DNA from: an uncultured Methanomicrobiales archaeon
GTDB lineage: Archaea; Halobacteriota; Methanomicrobia; Methanomicrobiales; Methanospirillaceae
Assembly: GCA_963758915.1 (NCBI GenBank)
Contig: CAVWXH010000003.1
Location: forward strand, 256,001 to 320,000
Length of the DNA stretch: 64,000 nucleotides
Direction of reading: 5' to 3'
A program made the position numbers and the translations under genes. Below the pieces are notes generated by a model that did no database searches, was not told where the DNA came from, and saw only the letters and a program-made list of their open reading frames with translations. Numbering within the stretch: position 1 is the first letter of the stretch; every line of letters begins with the position of its first letter. Positions 40,055 through 49,223 of this stretch are shown piece by piece.

Positions 40055-40355
40055 AGGAGGAACCGGAACAGCTACCCGGGAAACATAAGGGTGAACGAGG
40101 GGATTTCTTTTTTTTAGCCATCCGGATAAGTCTCCTGCTTCCTGTTTACACCAGCTCCCTGGGAACAGTTGGTATTCCAGATAATTGGAAGCCACCTGAT
40201 TATTCAGGTGGGGGGTTTACATGCGCAAGGCGGGAGGGCATCCCGGAAATTTTTTGTATGGCTGACATAACACCACACCGTTACCAGGGTGATTTTTAAT
40301 GACGATCGGGCATTGACCAGAATGGTAAAAAAATCCATATCATCACATGTTACTA

Positions 40356-41525
40356 TTAACAGAATGCTGACAGTGTGGACTGGTGCCCTTTCCCAAGCCC
40401 GGATAGAAGGGTACTTTCCTCGTAAAACCTGGCGGGCGGGAGTGAGAAACCGGACGTGAGATAATGGAGTGCACCCGATATTCCGTCAAACTCCTTTGGT
40501 GATGACGCCATAGCGTGCCTGACATTTTCCCTGACATTAAAAACACCGAGGGGAATATACCCCCGCCGGGCTTCACGAAGTATAATCGCCCCTGCCTGTT
40601 TTCCTTCTTTTTCAAGGGCATCGAGGACCGCCATCCTGCATGAATAATAACACCCTCCGACAGTAGAATACCCGTGTTTTTTCCGGTTTCCCTCATGATC
40701 CGCAAAGATCATTTCCTCGCGGCCAAGCACGTGCAGAAACGCCTCGATCCATTCATACTGCCATACCGTGGGCATCAGCAGGACCGCATAATGGTTATTC
40801 AGGCTGTCAAATTCATGGACACGGTAACAGTCGATTGGGGAATGCTGCCTGACCCGGGAGAGTAAATGGTCCCCGATTATAGTATCGCACGCTGTGATTG
40901 ACCAGCGCGTGGGGACCAGCTTTCTTTTCCTTCCCGTACCCATTGTCCCGGCAGACAATGCCTTCTGAATACTGGAGAACGGGACACCCTGGCGGTGCAG
41001 GTCTATAACTGCCCCGGATGCACCAAGATCCGTATCATGGTAGGCCCTCTCGAGGTCGGGGTCCCACCGCCCTTTTTCAATTTCAAATTGTTCCATTCTT
41101 GCACTGGGACCATGGGGTGACGATTCCTCGGAGAACATCATACCGGCAGGAGGGGTTTCAAAAGTGACATCGCTCTCGACAGATGACGAGGAGAGAGCTA
41201 TTTCCTGGAGTTTTTCCACGAACCGATTATCGATATCATCTGCCGCTACCCGTTGTTTCCCACGGACCAGGGACAACCGGTACCTGATTATCTCATCCTG
41301 GGTAATCCCGGCGGGGATCCATGACTCCGGGGAGTCCAGGATCCTCGTATCCCCGTGGAATGCAGCAATGACCGGGCCGGCATAGACCTTTGGATAGGCA
41401 TGGCTGCCGATAAATACGGAGGGCGGTGAACTTCCCTCCAGCTCGCGACCTATCTCAACAGACCGCATATGAGTCGATAGCGAGTTGGTAATCTGCCTGA
41501 GGTATGCTCCTTTTCCGGGTGTCAT
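40356..41525 (-). CDS. Nre family PCNA-interacting DNA repair protein
   Basis: GSSPPSVFIG..YPKVY.GP, LVPTRWSITA.D, GG.YY..R, Y.PLGV..VRE; C-terminal PIP-like QSTLSAF. Confidence 0.85.
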   Translation of the reverse strand: MTPGKGAYLRQITNSLSTHMRSVEIGRELEGSSPPSVFIGSHAYPKVYAGPVIAAFHGDTRILDSPESWIPAGITQDEIIRYRLSLVRGKQRVAADDIDNRFVEKLQEIALSSSSVESDVTFETPPAGMMFSEESSPHGPSARMEQFEIEKGRWDPDLERAYHDTDLGASGAVIDLHRQGVPFSSIQKALSAGTMGTGRKRKLVPTRWSITACDTIIGDHLLSRVRQHSPIDCYRVHEFDSLNNHYAVLLMPTVWQYEWIEAFLHVLGREEMIFADHEGNRKKHGYSTVGGCYYSCRMAVLDALEKEGKQAGAIILREARRGYIPLGVFNVRENVRHAMASSPKEFDGISGALHYLTSGFSLPPARFYEESTLLSGLGKGHQSTLSAFC

Positions 41526-41633
41526 CGTTCAGCGATACATGACCTTTCCCTGCATATAAAGCGGAGTAACGCGGCGTGAAAGTGATTACAGCCTGTATTG
41601 ATGAGGCCAGTTGTTGCCCGGGGACTGATGAAC

Positions 41634-42428
41634 CTATACGGCATCATCCCAGAAACCGGCCAGTACATCCCATATCCGTCCCTGTAATTCTTTTACCGCT
41701 GATGTGTCCACGTAACCTGGTTGATCCGGACCTCCTGTTTCACGTTCGTACAATCCCCGGTTAACCTCGATCTGTACCCATGGGATATCCCGGTGCCAGC
41801 GATGAGAAATGGAGATGAAGCCCCCCGCATACGGGCTGTTGAATAATACCTCCCCCTCATTCCCAAATTCGTTCCTGAAATGTTTCGCAAGGTCCTGGAT
41901 CAATTCCCTGGGGCAGGTGGACAGCACTCCCGGACGCGGTGCCCCGTTCAGGTCACCATTATTTCCAAGGCAGATAAGTGGCCTGAGCGTTCCCTTTTCA
42001 TCCCGGTCTGGTAACGCTTCCGGGAGCATGCTATGGCAGTCAAACGCAATCCTTACCTGGCATTGATCAATAAGCCGGTCGATCGCCTCGTGGTAGGGAA
42101 AAAAATATTTCACCATAAGCCGATGGACCAGGTTGATATCCGGGAACCGTTCATTCCTGTATACCGGTGTGCCAAACCCGGTCGCGGATTTGATCGCACC
42201 ATCGGGGTATTTTGGCGCCAGGTGGTATGGTGGGCGGTTGAGATCGACAACCAGCCGCGACACAGGAGTATCGATAAACGCAGCAACCCGTGAACCAAAG
42301 TTATAAATTTCCCGTGTTCCCGGGTCACTATAAAATGTGACCTCCTCATTGCTCAGTGCGATACGGCCGATAACCTCATCAGGAATTGTTGTACCCCCGT
42401 GGGGGACTGAAACGATGAACGGGTACAT
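41634..42428 (-). CDS. N-formylglutamate amidohydrolase family protein
   Basis: SVPHGG, SRLVVDLNR, PYH, DCHSM, NSPYAGG, QIEVNRGLY. Confidence 0.88.
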   Translation of the reverse strand: MYPFIVSVPHGGTTIPDEVIGRIALSNEEVTFYSDPGTREIYNFGSRVAAFIDTPVSRLVVDLNRPPYHLAPKYPDGAIKSATGFGTPVYRNERFPDINLVHRLMVKYFFPYHEAIDRLIDQCQVRIAFDCHSMLPEALPDRDEKGTLRPLICLGNNGDLNGAPRPGVLSTCPRELIQDLAKHFRNEFGNEGEVLFNSPYAGGFISISHRWHRDIPWVQIEVNRGLYERETGGPDQPGYVDTSAVKELQGRIWDVLAGFWDDAV

Positions 42429-42779
42429 CTCGGTCAACCTGGCCTCCGTCGGCGGACAGAGGTCTTTCAAAAAGATAGAACGATGTGGAACCATATCTAA
42501 TCTCCCTTGTCCCACGAACCCATTAAATCCCAGAAATTAACCTTTATTTCTGATTTAGTCTCATTTTAGAGCATCCCGATCTATTACCCTGGTACCTGGC
42601 GGGTACTGGTAATGACATGGACAGAGGTAACATAAGGCCATCTCGAGCCTGAAACAATAATGCCAGACATTAGCGTGACTGTACTATCATTTTAAGGCAT
42701 ATGAGAGTATATATCTCAATATAAGCAATCCGGGCACCCCCGATCGGGGAATACAACCCGCAATGATGAGGTTAAAACC

Positions 42780-43709
42780 ATGAGAAAGATCCTAATTGCC
42801 GGAATACTGATCGTCCTGCTCTTTGTAGGTACCGCCGCTGCCGTGAGCGTGAATTATGCTCAAACCCAGGTAATTCCCTTAAGTGCTGCCAGGGATAATG
42901 CTAACTCCGCACTATTATCATACGTGGCACAGGGCAAGCTGGGTTCCTCGGCTGCCTTATGGAAAGGGGCATCACTGTCACAGGCACCGATAATTATCTA
43001 CGATCAGTCCGGAGTTGTTTACTCCTACCTGTATGATGTGATAAACAAAGACGGAAAAATTGTAGGACAGGTCAATGCTGCAGGGAATAAGCTGGCTGGT
43101 GAGCCCGTTATCAGCATAGGGAAGTCACCCCGTTCGTTTGACTCCGATCAGGTAATCCTGAAAGTCCGCGGGCTTGCTGAAAAAGAGTATGTTGATTCAC
43201 AAATCGATAACGTGGTGTTCATCATGGGCCAGGACAGGAAGATCGGTATAATGGTGATACTCACCGAACAGAACGGGCTGACCCGCCGCCTTGCGTATGA
43301 CCTTGAGACATTCCAGCTCCGATCGGAACGGATCTCCAATCACGGACTTATCGATGCAGCGACCCCGGCCTCATTATTCGTCTCAATGAGTAGTTCCGCC
43401 GCAACCCGCGCAATTCAGAACTACGACAGCAAAATAAAGGCAATTGCCCGTGTTGTTCCCGTAATGCGACGCGTGGTCCCGGCAGGTTACCTGAACACGA
43501 CGATCAAAAAAGTTCCGGCAGTTTCTGCTGTGAAATCGGTTGAAAAGGGAACTGTTCTGTCGGAGAATAAACAGGCATTACTGCAACACCAATACATCCC
43601 CACCACCTATACGGCAACCAGGACCGTAATTATCCCGAGCGTGAAGACCCCTGTGCCCTTATCCACCTTCGGGCAGTCACTTCCGGCATCCAGGTTTAAC
43701 CCGGTATAA
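42780..43709 (+). CDS. Secreted hypothetical protein
   Basis: Signal peptide MRKILIAGILIVLLFVGTAAA; 309 aa. Confidence 0.75.
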   Translation: MRKILIAGILIVLLFVGTAAAVSVNYAQTQVIPLSAARDNANSALLSYVAQGKLGSSAALWKGASLSQAPIIIYDQSGVVYSYLYDVINKDGKIVGQVNAAGNKLAGEPVISIGKSPRSFDSDQVILKVRGLAEKEYVDSQIDNVVFIMGQDRKIGIMVILTEQNGLTRRLAYDLETFQLRSERISNHGLIDAATPASLFVSMSSSAATRAIQNYDSKIKAIARVVPVMRRVVPAGYLNTTIKKVPAVSAVKSVEKGTVLSENKQALLQHQYIPTTYTATRTVIIPSVKTPVPLSTFGQSLPASRFNPV

Positions 43710-43961
43710 TCCCGGGTAGAATATTTTTTCCCCATTCGTTCTGTTCAGTGAGTGGGATATTAGTGTAGCACCATGGGTTCAGACAGCAGTATTCCGGAAA
43801 CTAAATGATTAATTGGCATTCCGGCTCTTTAGTAATCCTCTAACCGAATTTACAGAATAGTGCGCTCTGTAGAAACAGACATGAACGGGACGGTCATACC
43901 CGGACGATTTGAAAATGCTACGTTCAAAATCTCTTCATATTGCTGGCCTTTCAGGCATTTC

Positions 43962-44132
43962 CAATGAAAATCCCATGGACAATTTCATTCTGTATGCTTG
44001 TGGCCTTCTGGCATCATACCTGTTTTCATGGGAAATCCTCTCAATCTATCTTGCAGATTGGTAATTCCAAAATTTCGTCACGCTCCCGGGACTCATGGCC
44101 CGCCGCTTTGTCGACCCCGGTTGGGATAGAGA
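43962..44132. repeat. Composite dispersed repeat (left part matches 21688-21756 inverted; right part matches 8848-8950 direct)
   Basis: Direct sequence comparison by eye. Confidence 0.85.
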
Positions 44133-44299
44133 CGATTTCCCACAATACTCTGAATTTAATCAGCCTTCGCCGAAACCCTGTCCAAGAATAGCTAAATGGG
44201 GGTGGGCCAGGGAGGAGGTGATACACTTTCCTGTCTCTTTCAGCTCCCTGTTTTGACGGTACGCAGGGAATCGACGAAGCAAAAAAATAATTCCAGGGG

Positions 44300-45071
44300 T
44301 TATATTCTCTTGGTAACTGCCAGGAACAGGAGCGAAAGCCCTGCAACCAGGGCAATAAGCCCTATGACGTACACCACCCACCTCGGGACCTTCCCCAATA
44401 GTGACGAAGGCGGGGCTGTTGCACCCTCTACCTGATAATCAGGCGGAATATCAGAAGTTACTGAAAACACAACAGGTGTTTCCTCGAGCTGTCTGCAGGG
44501 GCGTGATGGCGTTTGTCACAACATCTGCAGTTACGGTAACAGCAGGTGTTGCAGTGGTCACCACGGCAGTTGAAGGGCTTGTCACCGATATTCCACCCGG
44601 CTTTACGACCAGTTGCGCAGTTGGCGTATCCGGGTTGATATACCCTCCATGGTCATCATCGATCCTGACATTCTGTATTTTCACATTTGAAGTACCGGCT
44701 GCTACCGCTTCCACGGTTATCTTCACGAGCGTCGTCCCGCTTGCCCCGTCCGAGATTGCTTTGCCAAGGTCCACGGCACTTACCGTTACACGCCCGGCAG
44801 GGAGACTGCTGGTTTTACCAAGCTTTGCCCATGTAGGAAATGAAACACCTGTGATATTACCTACCGAGGGGTTGGTCAGCTGGAAGTCCAGCTGGTAACC
44901 CGACAGCCCGGCAGGGAGCGTGTTAATACTCAGTTCATATGTCACGGTTGAACCAGGCAGCAGGGTTACACCTGGCGGACTCAGGGTGAGGGTTGTCCCT
45001 TGTGACGCACTGACTGTACCGGACGCAGCGATCACCAGGGCCATTACAAGAAACAGCAGGAGGGTTTTCAT
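44300..45071 (-). pseudogene. Cohesin-domain surface protein with C-terminal TM anchor, +1 frameshift near 44489
   Basis: Signal peptide, cohesin-like GLSGYQL..VSFP.WA..VSAVDL; T-rich linker; TM anchor WVVYVIGLIALVAGLSLLFLAVTKRI in another frame; span is 3n+1. Confidence 0.8.
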
Positions 45072-45232
45072 GGTATCACACAGATGTACCTGGTCTTCCT
45101 TGGGAAGTCATCACTTCGGGGAATGCAGGAACAACCTTAATCAGATTGGTGGTGCCTGCATTGATAAAAATATCGATGGGAAACAGGCATTCTTGTCTGG
45201 TCTTAATGAATTATTTCCATATTTATTTGATA

Positions 45233-45250
45233 TATCTGAATATTCTGATA
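45233..45250. promoter_or_regulatory. Near-palindromic operator candidate upstream of hgc cluster
   Basis: TATCTGAATATTCTGATA, followed by related TTTCGGATAATCTTATAT. Confidence 0.45.
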
Positions 45251-45302
45251 TTTCGGATAATCTTATATTAGTATGACACCAACCATAAGAACGGAGTAAT
45301 GA

Positions 45303-45590
45303 ATGAAGAAAAAGGATCCAGTGGACTATGGCTGCAGAGAAAAATATGCAGATTCCTGCAGGATCGAGGCAATTCTGACTGTCGATGAACGGGGACAGAT
45401 CGTTATCCCGAAGGAGGTACGGGAAACGGCACGGATGGGGGCCGGGGACAGGCTGGCACTTGTCAGCTGCATGAAAGATGGAGATGTCTGTTGTGTAATG
45501 CTCATCCACGCTGACCAGCTGACCAACATGGTCAGGAGCGCTCTCTCGCCCGTAATGAAAGATATTATCGGGGATTTCGGGGAGGCCTGA
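45303..45590 (+). CDS. hgcC: HgcAB-associated AbrB/MazE-like protein
   Basis: ILTVDERGQIVIPKEVR..GDRL swapped-hairpin motif plus VCC; 3 nt before hgcA. Confidence 0.8.
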   Translation: MKKKDPVDYGCREKYADSCRIEAILTVDERGQIVIPKEVRETARMGAGDRLALVSCMKDGDVCCVMLIHADQLTNMVRSALSPVMKDIIGDFGEA

Positions 45591-45593
45591 CTC

Positions 45594-46787
45594 ATGCCAG
45601 GTAATGATCCGCTACTACCTGGAAAAGGTACCAGTTCCTGCGGTTGCGGGCCGGGCGCATGTTGTCCGGCCACAACCAACCCTGAAGTGGCTCCAGGTGC
45701 CCCCGACACGGATGAGAGTCCATCATGTGGATGTTCCTGCAATAGTAATGGAAATGAGTTAAAAAGCGAAATCCAGGATCAGGATAACCCGGATGTATCC
45801 AGACCCCCGGTTATTACCCCTGTATCCAGTACGCTGACATCCAGGGATACCCGGGGACATGTTCTTGCGAGGCTCGGCCAGGACCGTTCAGGCCACCGTG
45901 TGCCTCCAGGGCTCTACTCAGTCGGTTCTCCCGGCCCCGGGTCCCCCGTAATTGTGACGGCAAACTATACCCTTAGTTTTGACGCGGTACGGGCATCGCT
46001 TGGCGACCTGGACACCTATATCCTCGTGCTGGATACGAAAGGGATCAATGTCTGGTGTGCTGCAGGGAAGGGAACGTTCGGAACAGAAGAACTGGTAACC
46101 CGGATCCACAAAACAGGCCTTTCCTCGGTTGTAAACCACCACCGCCTAATCCTCCCGCAACTCGGTGCCCCGGGTGTTGCCGCCCACGAGGTCCACAAGG
46201 CAACCGGGTTCCATGTCGAATATGGCCCTGTTCGGGCAGCCGATCTCCCTGAGTTCCTCAGAGAGAGAGTTGCAACCCCTGAAATGCGGAAAGTGAAGTT
46301 TGACCTTCGGGACAGGATCGTCCTTATACCTGTTGAACTTCGGAGTGCTGCCCTTTATGCGATAATTGCAGCAATTGCCTTGTGGTTCGCCGGAGGATGG
46401 CTGCCTGCAATGGGTTTTCTCGCTGCAGTCCTTGCAGGGACGGTGGTTTTTCCGGTACTGCTCCCTTATCTTCCTACTGCAGACTTCAGCACAAAAGGGC
46501 TGGCCCTCGGAATTATCGTTGCAACCCCTTTTGCCGCACTGGCCTTCCTTACCAGCCAGGGAACACCCCTGTGGGTTGGTGTTACCGCAGTAATTTCGAT
46601 ACTCTTTACACTACCAATAATAACGGCCTATCTTGCCCTGAATTTTACCGGTTGTACCCCCTACACTTCCAGGACAGGGGTAAAACGGGAAATTTACCTA
46701 TATATACCATACATGGCAGGGTTTGCAGCCATAGGGGCTGCCTGTGCAATGTTGCTTGGATTAACAAAACTCCTTGAGATGTGGTGA
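45594..46787 (+). CDS. hgcA: Mercury methylation corrinoid protein HgcA
   Basis: Diagnostic cap-helix GINVWCAAGK, PGLY, VTANY.LSFD, LPQLGAPGV, YGPVRA, TM region, NFTGCTPYTSRTGV. Confidence 0.97.
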   Translation: MPGNDPLLPGKGTSSCGCGPGACCPATTNPEVAPGAPDTDESPSCGCSCNSNGNELKSEIQDQDNPDVSRPPVITPVSSTLTSRDTRGHVLARLGQDRSGHRVPPGLYSVGSPGPGSPVIVTANYTLSFDAVRASLGDLDTYILVLDTKGINVWCAAGKGTFGTEELVTRIHKTGLSSVVNHHRLILPQLGAPGVAAHEVHKATGFHVEYGPVRAADLPEFLRERVATPEMRKVKFDLRDRIVLIPVELRSAALYAIIAAIALWFAGGWLPAMGFLAAVLAGTVVFPVLLPYLPTADFSTKGLALGIIVATPFAALAFLTSQGTPLWVGVTAVISILFTLPIITAYLALNFTGCTPYTSRTGVKREIYLYIPYMAGFAAIGAACAMLLGLTKLLEMW

Positions 46788-46788
46788 C

Positions 46789-47148
46789 ATGATGATGTTT
46801 AATTCGTATACCAACAACACGCTCCTGTTTTATCCGGATAAATGCATCGGGTGTGAACGGTGTTCCGAAGTCTGCCCACACAGCGTGTTTTCAGTCCACG
46901 GTGAGCGGGCATCCCTCCAGCGACCGGAACGCTGCATGGAATGCGGGGCCTGCCAGAGAAACTGCCCGACAGGTGCAATCACCGTTGAGAGCGGGGTCGG
47001 TTGCGCCTATGCCATGATCTATGCAGCCCTTACCGGGAGAAAAGAGGTCACCTGCGGAGATGATGGGTGTTGTGGGGGTACCGGAGAGCGGGAAGGTAAT
47101 TGTAACTGCCTGGATTCCCCGGGGCCCGGGACTGGAACAGAGAAATAA
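46789..47148 (+). CDS. hgcB: Mercury methylation ferredoxin HgcB
   Basis: CIGCERCSEVCP, diagnostic CMECGAC, GVGCA, vicinal CC in tail. Confidence 0.95.
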   Translation: MMMFNSYTNNTLLFYPDKCIGCERCSEVCPHSVFSVHGERASLQRPERCMECGACQRNCPTGAITVESGVGCAYAMIYAALTGRKEVTCGDDGCCGGTGEREGNCNCLDSPGPGTGTEK

Positions 47149-47280
47149 TTAACCGGCGGGTATTAAAAACTCCAGTCAAACATCTGAATACCACCCTTTT
47201 TCCTTACCATATATGAGCCTGCAGTCACATATCTCACAAATCCGGCCTAAAAAATGGTGGGAGACCAATAGTCCAATGTT

Positions 47281-47727
47281 CTACCGTAATTTTACCTTCT
47301 GAAGTTCAGGCAGGACCTTTTTTATTGTCCCGCTCGTGCCCGGCCTGATAAAGATCAGGTGATTCCCGACAACGACCAGGTCCTCAACGGGCTTACCTTT
47401 TCCAACGGACTGCGCATTGTGGAGCAGGATGGCTGCATCCCTTGATCCGGCGCTATCGAATGACTGGGTCTGAATGGTAATCAGATTCCCGTTTTCATCT
47501 GATATGGTGTAGATTTTCCCACCAGTTGCACCGGGAAGTGGCAATGTGGAGTCAACAGCACTTACTACGGTTATCCCGGAGTTTTCCAGCGCTTCCCGCA
47601 GCGGTTCCCCGGCTACGATGTGATATGGTTCAGGGGTTGATACAACCATTATCCAGCCAACCGGAAGCAGGATTATCAATATGAGAATGAGCATAACTGC
47701 CCATGCTGAATTATCGACTTCGTTCAT
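47281..47727 (-). CDS. Hypothetical membrane-anchored protein, third gene of decarboxylase operon
   Basis: N-terminal TM; AGGAGG RBS. Confidence 0.75.
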   Translation of the reverse strand: MNEVDNSAWAVMLILILIILLPVGWIMVVSTPEPYHIVAGEPLREALENSGITVVSAVDSTLPLPGATGGKIYTISDENGNLITIQTQSFDSAGSRDAAILLHNAQSVGKGKPVEDLVVVGNHLIFIRPGTSGTIKKVLPELQKVKLR

Positions 47728-47774
47728 ATACTACCTCCTTTTTGATTAGCAGAACGAAATAACATCATTTCAAC

Positions 47775-49223
47775 TCACCCCTCCTTGTTGCCGGTCTCGA
47801 TCCAGCTGGGTTTCTTCAGTTTCAGGAAGATCAGCGGAGGAACAGCAAGCAGGAATGTGCCAATCAATATTCCCACAACATAGGAGACAGTCTGGCCCGC
47901 AGTGAAGGAACCCCCCGTAGGCATGAGCCCTACGATAAAGGCGAAAATCACGCCGAATGCACCCATGCCACCGATCAGCCAGATACCGGGTATTCCACCG
48001 GGGATCTTAAACGGTCGCGGGGCGTCAGGCCTGCTGTACCTGAGTTTGATCAGTGATGCAAACACAAGCAGGTACACGATACAGAGGAGTTCTACCGTCA
48101 TTGCCGAGAGGACCCAGTATGCCTGGTTAATCGACGGCAGGAATATGTAGAGCAGGGAGACAAACGTCCCGATCAGTGCCTGGATAAACAGCACCGCAAC
48201 GGGTGAACCGTACTTGTTTGTACGGTTGAAAATGGGTGGCATGTTCCCTTCCTGTGCCACCACCCCGAGCCCGAGCGCCGGTCCAATCAGCCACGCCGCA
48301 AGAGAGACAACTCCCCCGATCGTGATGAGGATCGCCATCGGGGCGACAGCCCCGGGTATACCGAGTGCGTCGAAGAAGTACTGGATTGCCTGCATGACGC
48401 CTGCTGACAGGCTGAGTTCGTTAGCAGGAATGACAAAGGCGATGGCCAGCGTTGCCATGACCGTGCAGAAGAATATGATAACTGCCGATATTGCCATTGC
48501 CTTCGGAAAATCTGTGTTGGGGTTCCGGACCTCGAGTGCATGGAATCCCGCCATTTCCATACCGGCAAAGAGGAGAATAACGGTTGCGAAGAATGGCAGG
48601 GTTGAGAGGTCAAAGGTCGGTACTACCTGTGCCCAGGTGAACGGGGGAAGTACGATCGCTGAACCCGAGGTGATCCAGTATACTCCAAGCCCGATGATCA
48701 GGATGGAGGGTATTATGCTGCCAAGTATCACACCGACGTTCTGGAACTTAGAGGATACATTCTCCCCGAAGTAGGCAATTGCCGTCGTGCCCCAGAATGC
48801 AATCATCATCACGACAAACAGGTAGACCGCGTTAGTCCCAAGGGCGGGTGAAATGGCGAACGCGAGGGTTGATGCGATGAATGCAAGAACAGTCGGGAAC
48901 CAGACAAGGTTATTTGACCATTCGCAGAAGACTGCCACAAAGCCCCCTTTGGTGCCGAATGCCTCCTTGCACCATGCATACACACCCCCTCCTTTATCGG
49001 AAAGCATCGTTGCCAGTTCTGCTCCCGCCAGAGAGAGCGGGATCAGGAACAGGATAGTCCCGATAATATACCACCCTATGGATGACCACCCGAACTCGGC
49101 CATTGACGGGAAATTCCGGATAGACAGCACCGCAGCGACGTTAATCATCGCCAGTGCAAAAATGCCCAGCACCTTCTTCGGCGCGAGGCCGGGTTTCTGG
49201 GCCGTAGTGGCATCTTCGCCCAT
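47775..49223 (-). CDS. APC-family amino acid/amine antiporter (GadC-like)
   Basis: 12 TM; SIRNFP, GGVYAW, FAGME, RPFKIPGG. Confidence 0.92.
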   Translation of the reverse strand: MGEDATTAQKPGLAPKKVLGIFALAMINVAAVLSIRNFPSMAEFGWSSIGWYIIGTILFLIPLSLAGAELATMLSDKGGGVYAWCKEAFGTKGGFVAVFCEWSNNLVWFPTVLAFIASTLAFAISPALGTNAVYLFVVMMIAFWGTTAIAYFGENVSSKFQNVGVILGSIIPSILIIGLGVYWITSGSAIVLPPFTWAQVVPTFDLSTLPFFATVILLFAGMEMAGFHALEVRNPNTDFPKAMAISAVIIFFCTVMATLAIAFVIPANELSLSAGVMQAIQYFFDALGIPGAVAPMAILITIGGVVSLAAWLIGPALGLGVVAQEGNMPPIFNRTNKYGSPVAVLFIQALIGTFVSLLYIFLPSINQAYWVLSAMTVELLCIVYLLVFASLIKLRYSRPDAPRPFKIPGGIPGIWLIGGMGAFGVIFAFIVGLMPTGGSFTAGQTVSYVVGILIGTFLLAVPPLIFLKLKKPSWIETGNKEG

